Part shown: positions 8,299 to 17,121 of the stretch, piece by piece
How the letters are laid out: each line of letters opens with the position of its first letter
How positions within the stretch are numbered: the first letter of the stretch is position 1
NCBI GenBank assembly: GCA_035762645.1
Contig: DASTOD010000567.1
Location: 1 to 54,852 of the forward strand
Reading direction: 5' to 3'
Source of the DNA: Candidatus Binatia bacterium
Lineage (GTDB): Bacteria > Desulfobacterota > Binatia > UBA9968
Length of the DNA stretch: 54,852 nucleotides
Translations under genes and position numbers: made by a program
The notes under the pieces: model-generated
Told to the model about the DNA's origin: nothing
What the model saw: the letters and a program-made list of their open reading frames with translations, nothing else
Databases searched by the model: none

Positions 8299-8303
8299 AA
8301 CTC

Positions 8304-8525
8304 ATGAACGATGGCCGTGTTTTAGAGTCGGCGCTCCCGGCTCAACCAGAAGTGAAGAGCATGTATAAATCGGGTGCCCAGCCAGGCATGGGCTTGTCCC
8401 GTCAAAAAGGCGCCTCGTCTGGGGGCATGAAATCCGACAAAAACGTCATTCCCATGGGGAAACCCCTCCCGAACTCGCCCGGGAAGGGATTGGGAAAGAC
8501 CAGCAGCGGCATGTATAAACGCTGA
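8304..8525 (+). CDS. small basic Gly/Lys-rich protein
   Basis: 73-aa ORF. An alternative start is ATG 8361 (MYKSG...). The MYKSG/GMYKR ends are noticeable. Confidence 0.5.
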   Translation: MNDGRVLESALPAQPEVKSMYKSGAQPGMGLSRQKGASSGGMKSDKNVIPMGKPLPNSPGKGLGKTSSGMYKR

Positions 8526-8794
8526 TGGCCCGCATCGCCGCAGAGGAGATGGAAGGCGCTGCTCCAGGGATGGAGGAGGGCGAAGCCACCGCCATTCTGG
8601 GCGCCGAGATGGGTGGCGGCAAACGGTTCAAGCCCGGTGACGTCATCATGCTTGATGTCGTCTCGATTGATGAGTCGGACGGGTCGATGACCGTGAAGTA
8701 TCATCAGGAAGCCGAAGCGCCGGAAGGTCCGATGGAAGCCCTGGATCGGGCGTTCGAGGAAGAAGAAGGCGCCGGCAGCGAACCAACGGATTGA
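8525..8794 (+). CDS. acidic hypothetical protein (89 aa)
   Basis: TGATG overlap with the upstream stop. Glu/Asp-rich. Confidence 0.6.
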   Translation: MARIAAEEMEGAAPGMEEGEATAILGAEMGGGKRFKPGDVIMLDVVSIDESDGSMTVKYHQEAEAPEGPMEALDRAFEEEEGAGSEPTD

Positions 8795-8805
8795 AAGGTT
8801 GAATC

Positions 8806-9177
8806 ATGGCTACGTGTACGCTCGAAGGATTGATTTCCGAGGAATCGGCGAAGTTCACGAACCTGACGAAGCAACAGCGTCGCGCCCTCATGGTTTACAT
8901 GCTCATTCAGGAGCTTGCCGCCCTGGGCGGAACCGATTACTCGGCCGATTTCCTGCAACTCCAGGAGGACGTGAAGCCGTTCAGCGCCATGCGCGAGGAC
9001 CAGCGCGAAGGTGCCCTGATCCAGATTTTCAAGGAGAATGCCGTCGCGGCCGGCGCCACCATCCCCGACGACATCAACGATTTGATGGAAGCAATCAAGT
9101 GCATCGAATGCGCCCGGCCCTCGGACCTGGAATTGATTCTCCTGTTGCTGACCTGCCAACTGGGCGTTCACGCTTGA
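8806..9177 (+). CDS. hypothetical protein with one CxxC-helix unit
   Basis: AAAGG RBS. The C-terminus (KCIECARPSDLELILLLLTCQL) resembles the repeat units of the next gene. Confidence 0.6.
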   Translation: MATCTLEGLISEESAKFTNLTKQQRRALMVYMLIQELAALGGTDYSADFLQLQEDVKPFSAMREDQREGALIQIFKENAVAAGATIPDDINDLMEAIKCIECARPSDLELILLLLTCQLGVHA

Positions 9178-9183
9178 TGTGCA

Positions 9184-9882
9184 ATGCCTATCGACATCAA
9201 CGCGCTTCTGTTGCAAGGCCGTTGTTACGGCTGCCTGAGCCCGCTGGATCGGCGCCGTGTCTATGCGGCCATTCTCTGCGAAATTGTCCGGACCAATGAC
9301 TCCGAGTTCGATTGCGACAGCCTGAGTGATGGTTGCGTGGCCTGCCTGCAACCCGTCAAGCAGGCATTTTTGCAGGTGCAGTTGCTCTGCCTTCTCAACC
9401 AGGTGGATGATCCCACTTTTGACTGTGACCCCGCAACCCTTCTCGCCAACGACCCCTGTCTCGCCTGCCTTGACTCGTCCACACTCCTGACGCTCATCAC
9501 GACGATGGCCGCCAACGCGCTCCTTGCGGAGAACCCGGCCGCCGAGACTGACCCGAACGTTTTGCTGGTCGATCACCCGTGCCTCGCCTGTCTCGACGGG
9601 CGCTTCCTGGAAACCCGCATCAGTTTGCTGCTCGCGGCGTGGCTGGAACAATTCCAGGCCGTGAACATCGCCGCGCTGGTCGCGCAATGCGATTGCGTCG
9701 CCCTGGCGGTGCCGGGAGGCCAAAAAATGCCCTTGTTACCATTACAGGCGCTGCAGTGGGCGCCCGTTTCGGAGTCGCCGCCGACGCCAGTGGACAACGC
9801 GATCGCCCTCGCCGGCCAGACGACCGATGTCTGGAAACGGGCCGGAGCCACTGCGGACGTCGTCCTGCTTTCCGGATTCTGA
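9184..9882 (+). CDS. Cys-repeat protein with four CxxCL units
   Basis: 232 aa. The units are CYGCLSPLD, CVACLQPVK, CLACLDSSTLL and CLACLDGRFLE. Each is followed by a Leu-rich helix-like stretch. Confidence 0.65.
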   Translation: MPIDINALLLQGRCYGCLSPLDRRRVYAAILCEIVRTNDSEFDCDSLSDGCVACLQPVKQAFLQVQLLCLLNQVDDPTFDCDPATLLANDPCLACLDSSTLLTLITTMAANALLAENPAAETDPNVLLVDHPCLACLDGRFLETRISLLLAAWLEQFQAVNIAALVAQCDCVALAVPGGQKMPLLPLQALQWAPVSESPPTPVDNAIALAGQTTDVWKRAGATADVVLLSGF

Positions 9883-9885
9883 TTT

Positions 9886-11832
9886 ATGGCCAACACTGCC
9901 GTCTCCAACTTTCCCGAAACCGGTCCTGCCCTTTCCACCGATCTCCTCGGAGGTTCGCGCAGTCCGCATGCCGTCGGCGATGATCTGAAATTGACCATCA
10001 CCGAAGTTCTGACCTTCATTCAGGCGAACCAGACCACCATGCTGAATCTGGACGGTTCAGCCTTCACCATCGTGGGCGGAGATGCCAATGCCACCACGAA
10101 TGGGACGGCGCTGGTCGATGCCTATGCTGCCGCGAAGCTGGCCACCCCCCACGGGGCGGCGCTATCCACCAGTAATCGCTTCACCATTTTCCTATTACCT
10201 GGTCAGTATTCATTGACTGGTGGAGCATTGAATCTCAACGCTGAGTTCATTGATCTGGTCGGGCTCTCCGCTCACACCGGCCCGCTGCGCTGGGCGAATG
10301 CGGCGGATGAGGCGAGAAGGGGGGACGTGCTCCTCACTTCGACCGGTAACACGATCACCATTACGGCCACCGGCAACACCGATTTGGCCTTGATCAACCT
10401 GTGCGTGGTCACTACAACGGCGGCCAATTTTGCCATCGCCATCAGTGGGGGTGCCCGGACTGCCGAAACCTGGAGGAATCTGTTCCTGGTAAACACCGGC
10501 GGGCTGACCAACGCCTCGATGCAGGTCGATGTCGATTTTCCAGGTAAATATCAGGATGTTCGCACTTTTAATCAACGAGCCTTTGGTTTTCGCATTTCGG
10601 CTGGGGCAGTGTCAGCGTCCGGTGTATTTGATCGATGCAAGGCCGGGTCCCTTTCCTTCGCCTCGGCCCTGGTTGACGGCTTCGGCGCGGCCAGCGGCAC
10701 CTTCAATGAATGTGAGGCAGGAAATCTGTCATTTGGCCGCCTAAGTGCGGGAGGTAATTTCTTTCGCTGCCGGCAACATGAGATTTCGGGCGTCGCCGGG
10801 GGAATGTTTGGGTTTGGGAGCGGTTCCAGCGCCAATGGTTTGTTCATTGACTGTGACACTGGTAGCAGCACTTCAAATTGTTATGGGGTAGGGAACACCA
10901 GCGGCACCTTCGTTAATTCTCAATGTAGAAGTGGAGTGTTTAGTGCTGGTGGAGCAGGCACTACTTACAGTGGAACGTGGATAGATTGCGTTGGTGGTGA
11001 TAACTCCTTCGGTGGTGGTCAGAGCACCTTTAGCGGAATCGCCCGGCACTGCGTCGGCGGCGCCGGATCGTTCGGGGGAAGCACGGCCACGGGTGGCACG
11101 ATGAGCGGGACGTGCGATCATTGCGTTGGCGGCAATGGATCGTTTGGCGGTGGAGTGACGACGGGCGGCACTTGCAGTGGCAATTTAACTCACTGCACCG
11201 GGGGCACGAACTGCTTCGGCGGGGGCGGAACGACCGCCGGCACCTTGTCCGGAAGGCTGTCCAACTGCCGGATGAGCGGCACCCTCAACGCGACCGTCAC
11301 GGGCTCGATCATCGAATCGGACATCGACGGCTGGGGCGATGTGTTTACGCCTCCGACCGCCGATTCGACCGCGATCAACAACACCGCGGCGGAAACCAAC
11401 TTCAGTACGAACATCAGCATCCCGCTTCGGGCCTGGAAAATCGGCAAGATTTACCGGTTCGAATTGAACGGCAAATACTCGACCGACGCCGCGACACCGG
11501 GGACGTTGATCCTACGGGTGAAGCTCGGGACGACCGTGATGGCGCTCTCGAAGACGTTCACTCTTCCAGCGGCCGCCGCGAACGCCGGTTTCAAGATTGT
11601 GGGCAGCATCACCTGCCGGACAACCGGGGCGACCGGAACGGTTTCGGCTGAGGCCGCATTCTTCATCGAGGATAACCTCATCGGCGCGTTTGGCTGCACA
11701 CCCTCGAACGGCACGAAGACCGTGGACACGACCGCCGCGCAGACCTTCCAGGCGTCGGCGCAGTTCAGCGTCGCCGATGTGGACAACAGCATCACGCTAG
11801 AGAACATTCAATTGAGTCCGCTGGCGGCGTAA
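9886..11832 (+). CDS. tail fibre or spike protein with a Gly/Cys-rich beta-helix-like repeat region
   Basis: 648 aa. The centre has ~24-aa repeats (C.GG.NSFGGG....G..SG...C x4). The C-terminal domain differs in composition. Sits in the structural block. Confidence 0.65.
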   Translation: MANTAVSNFPETGPALSTDLLGGSRSPHAVGDDLKLTITEVLTFIQANQTTMLNLDGSAFTIVGGDANATTNGTALVDAYAAAKLATPHGAALSTSNRFTIFLLPGQYSLTGGALNLNAEFIDLVGLSAHTGPLRWANAADEARRGDVLLTSTGNTITITATGNTDLALINLCVVTTTAANFAIAISGGARTAETWRNLFLVNTGGLTNASMQVDVDFPGKYQDVRTFNQRAFGFRISAGAVSASGVFDRCKAGSLSFASALVDGFGAASGTFNECEAGNLSFGRLSAGGNFFRCRQHEISGVAGGMFGFGSGSSANGLFIDCDTGSSTSNCYGVGNTSGTFVNSQCRSGVFSAGGAGTTYSGTWIDCVGGDNSFGGGQSTFSGIARHCVGGAGSFGGSTATGGTMSGTCDHCVGGNGSFGGGVTTGGTCSGNLTHCTGGTNCFGGGGTTAGTLSGRLSNCRMSGTLNATVTGSIIESDIDGWGDVFTPPTADSTAINNTAAETNFSTNISIPLRAWKIGKIYRFELNGKYSTDAATPGTLILRVKLGTTVMALSKTFTLPAAAANAGFKIVGSITCRTTGATGTVSAEAAFFIEDNLIGAFGCTPSNGTKTVDTTAAQTFQASAQFSVADVDNSITLENIQLSPLAA

Positions 11833-11833
11833 T

Positions 11834-12196
11834 ATGAGTGAAATGGAGGCGGAACCACGGATTGCTCCGACCTTGATCCCGCCGACCGTTTCACGGGATA
11901 ATGCTGAAATGCTCGAAAGCGAACATGCGGATTTGAGGCAGATTGACAAACGCTTGTCGGTACTCGAAACCCAATTCACTTTTGAACGACGTATATCGGG
12001 CGCGGAAATCCAGAATGCCAGAATTGTGTCGGATATTGAGAGCGAGAAAGGCACGACGCGAAGGGTGAATGCCCAGATAGACGCCGACATCCGCACGTTG
12101 TCCGGAAGGGTGAGCGCGGTGGAGAAGGCCGTCTGGATGGGTGTAGGAATCATCATCGCCGTACAGACGCTCCTGTCCTACCTGCTAAAGAATTGA
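11834..12196 (+). CDS. tail-anchored coiled-coil membrane protein (XhlA- or holin-like)
   Basis: 120 aa. Long polar, helical N-terminal part and a single C-terminal TM helix (VWMGVGIIIAVQTLLSYLL). Confidence 0.5.
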   Translation: MSEMEAEPRIAPTLIPPTVSRDNAEMLESEHADLRQIDKRLSVLETQFTFERRISGAEIQNARIVSDIESEKGTTRRVNAQIDADIRTLSGRVSAVEKAVWMGVGIIIAVQTLLSYLLKN

Positions 12197-12226
12197 CGGT
12201 GCCGGGCGTTGGCGTAGAGTCCGCCC

Positions 12227-12721
12227 ATGAAAATGAACCGAAGATTCGCCTTTGTCGCTCTCGCCTCCCTCCTGATCACGGCGGGATGTTCAACGATCAA
12301 CCCCGATACGGGCCAGAAGGTTTTCGATCCCATCAGGACCGCCCAGGTCAAGGCCGCCCTTCAGGCGCCGGTCCAGGAGACGATCACCCGGATCATTCGC
12401 AATTCCCCGGAGCACAGCGATCAGATCGCGAATTATTTCCGTTCCGCCGGCAATGTCTTCTGCAAGATGCGGGATACATCGCGCTTCGAGCCACAATTCC
12501 TCATTGCCGAACTTGAGAAGGCGACCGAAGGCCTCCAGCAAGGTTTGGATCCCCTTGCCATCACTGCGAAAAACACGATTATTGCCCTGTACGTCGTCTT
12601 CTATTCGCAGCGTCAAAGCGCAGATCTCTCACCGGAAAAGTTCCTCTGGAATACTTCGGACCTCTTCTGCAACGCCATCAATACCGGACTGAAGGACGCG
12701 GGAAAGCCTGGCACGTCCTGA
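12227..12721 (+). CDS. putative lipoprotein (164 aa)
   Basis: The N-terminus MKMNRRFAFVALASLLITAGC has a basic n-region, a hydrophobic core and a lipobox-like TAGC. Confidence 0.6.
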   Translation: MKMNRRFAFVALASLLITAGCSTINPDTGQKVFDPIRTAQVKAALQAPVQETITRIIRNSPEHSDQIANYFRSAGNVFCKMRDTSRFEPQFLIAELEKATEGLQQGLDPLAITAKNTIIALYVVFYSQRQSADLSPEKFLWNTSDLFCNAINTGLKDAGKPGTS

Positions 12722-12732
12722 ATATCAATGAA

Positions 12733-13077
12733 ATGGTCAAGCGTCCCGGGGAACCTTCGGTTGTCGTCCATGTCACCATCATCAACCCTCTGCGGAAGGT
12801 TAAGAAAACGGTGACCGGCAGCGCCTTTGCACGCACGCCGTCTCCGGCGAGCGTCATGGAAGCGGCCCGCGAGGCCCTGAAAGAAGCGTCGGAATGTTAC
12901 GCGATTGAACGCTGCAACTATTGTGTTCCGGATCATCCGCTCCCCAATGGTTCTTTGCCTGGCGGGAGTTCTGTTTTGGACGGGTTGTCAGTCGCCCCCT
13001 TCTCCGGGCCTGGACTCCGGAACGATGGGCAACCCGCCCATGCCCCCACTGCCCCCAAACCGCCTGAGAATCAGTGA
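12733..13077 (+). CDS. hypothetical protein; the 3' part overlaps the next gene
   Basis: 114-aa ORF with an ATG start. It overlaps 12947..13345 by about 130 nt in another frame. Third-position G+C does not discriminate the two frames. Confidence 0.35.
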   Translation: MVKRPGEPSVVVHVTIINPLRKVKKTVTGSAFARTPSPASVMEAAREALKEASECYAIERCNYCVPDHPLPNGSLPGGSSVLDGLSVAPFSGPGLRNDGQPAHAPTAPKPPENQ

Positions 13078-13345
13078 ATCGAGCCGGAACGAAACGATAG
13101 AGCCGGTGGGGACATGGACACTGGCCGACACGGTAAGGACGAACGGACTCGGGCACGCCGAATTCATATTTCATACCCAAACCGTCTGGCAGGGGTGGGA
13201 ATTCGAACAGTCCGACGATGGATACCAATGGCAGTCCTTCGCCCGGTCAGTTCACACAAACAACACACGAACCGCTTTCGTGGTTGTGAACACCGCCGCG
13301 GCAATACGGACAAACAGGGTGTACCGGATCAGGCGGATTTATTAG
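12947..13345 (+). CDS. putative secreted protein or lipoprotein (132 aa)
   Basis: ATG 12947 gives MVLCLAGVLFWTGCQSPP, a signal-like segment ending in Cys. The track start at 12905 is a TTG. Confidence 0.5.
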   Translation: MVLCLAGVLFWTGCQSPPSPGLDSGTMGNPPMPPLPPNRLRISESSRNETIEPVGTWTLADTVRTNGLGHAEFIFHTQTVWQGWEFEQSDDGYQWQSFARSVHTNNTRTAFVVVNTAAAIRTNRVYRIRRIY

Positions 13346-15599
13346 ACTTGTCTTGGGGGCTCGCGGCGGCGGCTCCGTCCTTCATTCCCTGAGCGGCAAT
13401 CGTGGCGCTCGTCTTCGCGTTCTCCCTCTGAATATCCGCGGCCGCGGCGGCATTGTCCCGGCGTTGCTCAGCCTGAAACTCCAGTTCATCGTGACGCATG
13501 CGCTGTGCGGCTTCAGCCTCGTTGGCCTGCAATTCGGCCGCTGTTTTCATCTGCTCGCTCTGAATCTCGGCAATGACCTTTGGATCCGGCTGTCCGTTGC
13601 CATTCCTTTCCTGCTGCCGTTGCTGGAATCCTTTCACATCGTTGACCATCTTGCCCAACGCCTTCCCGTAGGCCGCCACCTTTTCCCGGGCCGATTCGTC
13701 CTGCGCCAGCAAGTCAATGTGCCGCTGAATGAATCGGGCCACGTTCATCAGTCCAACCACGTCGTCGGGAGTCCCGACGTTGTCCTGACGCTGGATCCGG
13801 GCGATTTTGATTCCCATCTGCCGGCCAAGCGTTTCAATCTGTTCGCTGTGATCCATGCCTGCCTTTGGCTCCATCGGTACGCCTTGCATCAGCGCCCCAA
13901 AAGACAGTTCTGCGTCGTGAACGCTGTCGCTGACCTCCTGGTCCCTGTCCAGCGGCATGAGTTCAGTCGCCAGCTTGGAGTCGGACAAAGCCTCAACGTA
14001 CATGTGCGTCGCCAGCCGTTGCCCGGGCGGATCCAGTAATTGACGAATTCCCATGATCTCCTTGGTCTGTGCGATCTCCAGCATCTTGTTGCCGCCGCCG
14101 ACAACCTTGTCCGCGCTGATCTCCCAGGACTCGACGTCCATGACCTCGGCCGGTATGCCTTTGTTCGCACATTCGGCCTGGAACTTCCTGGCGTCCGCGT
14201 TCTCCGACTTTTTCAGGCAGAAACGCCGGCAGATTTCGTGATAGGCAAACTCCTCCTGGTTGTAGGCCAGCGTCAATAAGCCGCTCATCAGGGCGTTGAC
14301 CTGGTTCACCCGGGCGATAACTTCGGTCGCCGTCGTCTCCTTCTGGGTGCCCGTGTCAATGTCCTGCGTGTAGGCGCTCGAACTCTCGCTCATCAGTTGC
14401 CGGTAGCTCGACATCAGCAATTGGAACAACTCCGGACGCACTTCGTATCGCTGTTCGCGAGGCACGATCGAAACGCCCTCTGGCAAAATGCCCTTGTCGA
14501 AGAAACTCAGCCGATTCAGCCTGGCCAGATCAGCTGGATTTCCCACTCTCAGCCAGACCTGGGCATCGGTATGAACCAATTCGGTGAGCTTGGATCGGAT
14601 CCGGTTCATCAGATGACACACGTCGTACAACTGGAATCCCAGTGAGCGCACGGCCCAATGGTGAAACGGTGGTTTGTTCGAAAGATCCCCGTACTGAATA
14701 TGCAACAGTTGCCCCAGCTCGCTGGCTGCGATCCTGTTTTTTCCGTCATAAACCCACTTGGCGTCGTTCGCCTTGAAATCGCTGTAGGGGGAACCTGCCG
14801 TCGGACCTTCGATGTCCCGAATCATCCGCCGTTTCCAGTTGCCCTTGTCGTCCTTGAAGAAGAAATCCCAGAGGGTGACCGTCGGGGCGCTGTCCGTAGA
14901 CCAGAAGACCTGATTCTGCTTGTAGAGTTCATACATCTTTTCCGGATCATCCGCCCAGGTGTAATTGGCGGCCGTCGTGTTCGTGTTCTTGAGTTCATCA
15001 AGGATGACTCGCACTACGGATTGATTCCATCCCGGGTCTACGTTCTTGCGCTGGGTCTTTCGGGCCAACTGATCCGGAGTCCAGACACGGCGCACGGCGA
15101 AAAAGGGAAGGTTCTCCAGAGAGGTTTCCGTATCCGTCGGGACCAGCAAATCCTCAATCGCCACAAACTGCGGACGCCAGCCGTAGCGCGTTTCCCACAT
15201 TTGCGGACCAATCCCATGCAGGACGACGCTGGCGAACTTCGATCGGACGTGTTGCAGGTACGCCCAACTGCGTTTCATCACCCGGTTGATTCGTCTCGTG
15301 ATGAACTGGCTCCATTCCTGGCGCTTGGCGGACGTACCTCGATCGACCCGGACCGTGAAGAAGTTCTCCGGTTTCAGGAACGCATTTTCATACTGTCGGC
15401 GCGCCTCCTGGGCGAGAGTCACCGATTCCTTCCAATTCACGTTGACCGGAATCTTGTTCTCTTTGACCTCCTCGGGGGTGTAGGGAGGCCACCCGTCGAA
15501 AAGCTGATTGATCTTTTTCCGGTTGTTGGACCGCAACAGGTCCGTCCATTTCATGTCCCAGATGACGGAGCCGACGTGGGCAGGGGTGCTAAAATTCAC
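13329..15599 (-). CDS. putative portal protein (756 aa)
   Basis: Size, same strand and downstream of terL, and a long Gln/Glu/Ala-rich helical C-terminus. No motif-level proof. Confidence 0.5.
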   Translation of the reverse strand: MNFSTPAHVGSVIWDMKWTDLLRSNNRKKINQLFDGWPPYTPEEVKENKIPVNVNWKESVTLAQEARRQYENAFLKPENFFTVRVDRGTSAKRQEWSQFITRRINRVMKRSWAYLQHVRSKFASVVLHGIGPQMWETRYGWRPQFVAIEDLLVPTDTETSLENLPFFAVRRVWTPDQLARKTQRKNVDPGWNQSVVRVILDELKNTNTTAANYTWADDPEKMYELYKQNQVFWSTDSAPTVTLWDFFFKDDKGNWKRRMIRDIEGPTAGSPYSDFKANDAKWVYDGKNRIAASELGQLLHIQYGDLSNKPPFHHWAVRSLGFQLYDVCHLMNRIRSKLTELVHTDAQVWLRVGNPADLARLNRLSFFDKGILPEGVSIVPREQRYEVRPELFQLLMSSYRQLMSESSSAYTQDIDTGTQKETTATEVIARVNQVNALMSGLLTLAYNQEEFAYHEICRRFCLKKSENADARKFQAECANKGIPAEVMDVESWEISADKVVGGGNKMLEIAQTKEIMGIRQLLDPPGQRLATHMYVEALSDSKLATELMPLDRDQEVSDSVHDAELSFGALMQGVPMEPKAGMDHSEQIETLGRQMGIKIARIQRQDNVGTPDDVVGLMNVARFIQRHIDLLAQDESAREKVAAYGKALGKMVNDVKGFQQRQQERNGNGQPDPKVIAEIQSEQMKTAAELQANEAEAAQRMRHDELEFQAEQRRDNAAAAADIQRENAKTSATIAAQGMKDGAAAASPQDKSNKSA

Positions 15600-15764
15600 G
15601 ACGCCCGTATACTCCCAGGGTCGTGAAGTGTAAAGACAGAGAAACGGGCGGGCGCGTCACTTAACCAGCCCAAGGACGCTACTCGGCCAGTGTGCGCTGA
15701 GGCGATTGCCAGACCGATGAACGTTCTATGGAAACGTCCCGGCCACGTCGCCGACCCGGCCCGT

Positions 15765-16619
15765 TCAAGCGTTCGGAATCAGGGCGCCGGACGCAAGTTC
15801 TTTTTCCGCTTTGGTTGGACGTCCAACCGGCTTGCCTTCCATCGCCTTCCTGAGATCCGGCGAGAGATCCTTCGGGATGATCAACTGCGGCCTGAGCACG
15901 TCGATGAGCGTTCCATCCTTGCTCTGATGAAACAGGACCGTCTCAGGGAACAGACTCTTGGGTGTTCGTACGTTCACCGGATCCTCATCAACCCGTTCCG
16001 CCTTGAAGGTGATCATCTGGTCGCGCGGCGGGAAGAATTGCTGAATCAACTTCGTATCCGTGGCGCGCGGCACAAGGAATTCATGCGCGGCGAGATCAAA
16101 GGCACGCTGCCCTTCCAAGTACGGTTTCAAATCGGAAAACGCGTCCTGCGGATAAACGGCCACCATTGCCATGTGCTTCTTGATGTCCGCCGGCGCAACC
16201 TTCGCGTCCTGACTGTCGATGATTCTGCCCAGATAACGCTTCGGCTGTTCGTGGTACCCGTCGCTGAGTTGATCCAGCCAGTCCTTCTTCACCGGGACGC
16301 AATCAGGCTCCAGCCAGAGAAACGGATGGCGACAGGTCTGCTGAATCTGATTGGCCATGCGCGAGAACATCCGGTTGCAGGCAATCTGGTAGGCCGACAC
16401 TTCACCGATGTTGCAGCGGATCGTCCAGGCATACCCGAAAGCCTCCGCGGCGATCTTCTTCAGTTCGGCACTCTGTTCCTCGGGCACGGCCGAGTCGGCG
16501 CCCAGAAGGCAAAAGTGCTTTTCCACGCCGCCCAGTTCGGCGATCCACAGGAGGAGCTTGCGCGCAAGATCAACGTCCTTGGTGCAATAGGGGATAGCTA
16601 CGATCAAACTTTGGTTCAT
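15765..16619 (-). CDS. possible nucleotide-sugar (GT-A-like) transferase
   Basis: ATG 16619 overlaps the upstream stop (ATGA). LIVAIPYCTKD... and FLWLEPDCVPVKKDWLDQL resemble glycosyltransferase-like motifs. This is a weak call. Confidence 0.4.
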   Translation of the reverse strand: MNQSLIVAIPYCTKDVDLARKLLLWIAELGGVEKHFCLLGADSAVPEEQSAELKKIAAEAFGYAWTIRCNIGEVSAYQIACNRMFSRMANQIQQTCRHPFLWLEPDCVPVKKDWLDQLSDGYHEQPKRYLGRIIDSQDAKVAPADIKKHMAMVAVYPQDAFSDLKPYLEGQRAFDLAAHEFLVPRATDTKLIQQFFPPRDQMITFKAERVDEDPVNVRTPKSLFPETVLFHQSKDGTLIDVLRPQLIIPKDLSPDLRKAMEGKPVGRPTKAEKELASGALIPNA

Positions 16620-16807
16620 GTGAGTCCTAATTGTCTGGCCTTCCATTCAGGCAGTTCGATTTGGTGAAGATTGCTGTCAGGAAATTTGACCGTGCGTTTG
16701 ATGATGCTGCGCGGCAACCAGACTTCGGTTCCGTCCTTGAACCGGTAGCAGCGCGCCAGATCCGTCTCGGCGCGGAATTCAAGAGTGACGGTGATCGGTT
16801 CGCTCAT
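16616..16807 (-). CDS. hypothetical protein (63 aa)
   Basis: ATGA overlaps at both ends. Confidence 0.6.
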   Translation of the reverse strand: MSEPITVTLEFRAETDLARCYRFKDGTEVWLPRSIIKRTVKFPDSNLHQIELPEWKARQLGLT

Positions 16808-16998
16808 GCAGAAGTTACGAATCGGTATTCTTCAGTGCTCAATCCGGCAAGAAAAGTTTCTTTCCACTCTGCCGGACAGTTACGGTAGTCCTCGGCCAAT
16901 TGTGCCAATCGTTTGTCGACATAATCTGGATCAGTCCTCTCGTATACTCCCTTTTCCCCTTCATGCTTAATATGCCCGCGCTCTGCTAGTCTTCTCAC
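16804..16998 (-). CDS. hypothetical protein (64 aa)
   Basis: GTG start. Same-strand array. Confidence 0.5.
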   Translation of the reverse strand: MRRLAERGHIKHEGEKGVYERTDPDYVDKRLAQLAEDYRNCPAEWKETFLAGLSTEEYRFVTSA

Positions 16999-17121
16999 TT
17001 CAGGAGCTTCGGGTTGAGACGGACCAGTTCGCCAGATGGAGCACTTATGAATCGCACGGCTTCAAATCTCACAAGGGTACCATTCTTTAATCTGTAACGG
17101 ACCGGATGAAGATCCAGTCCT

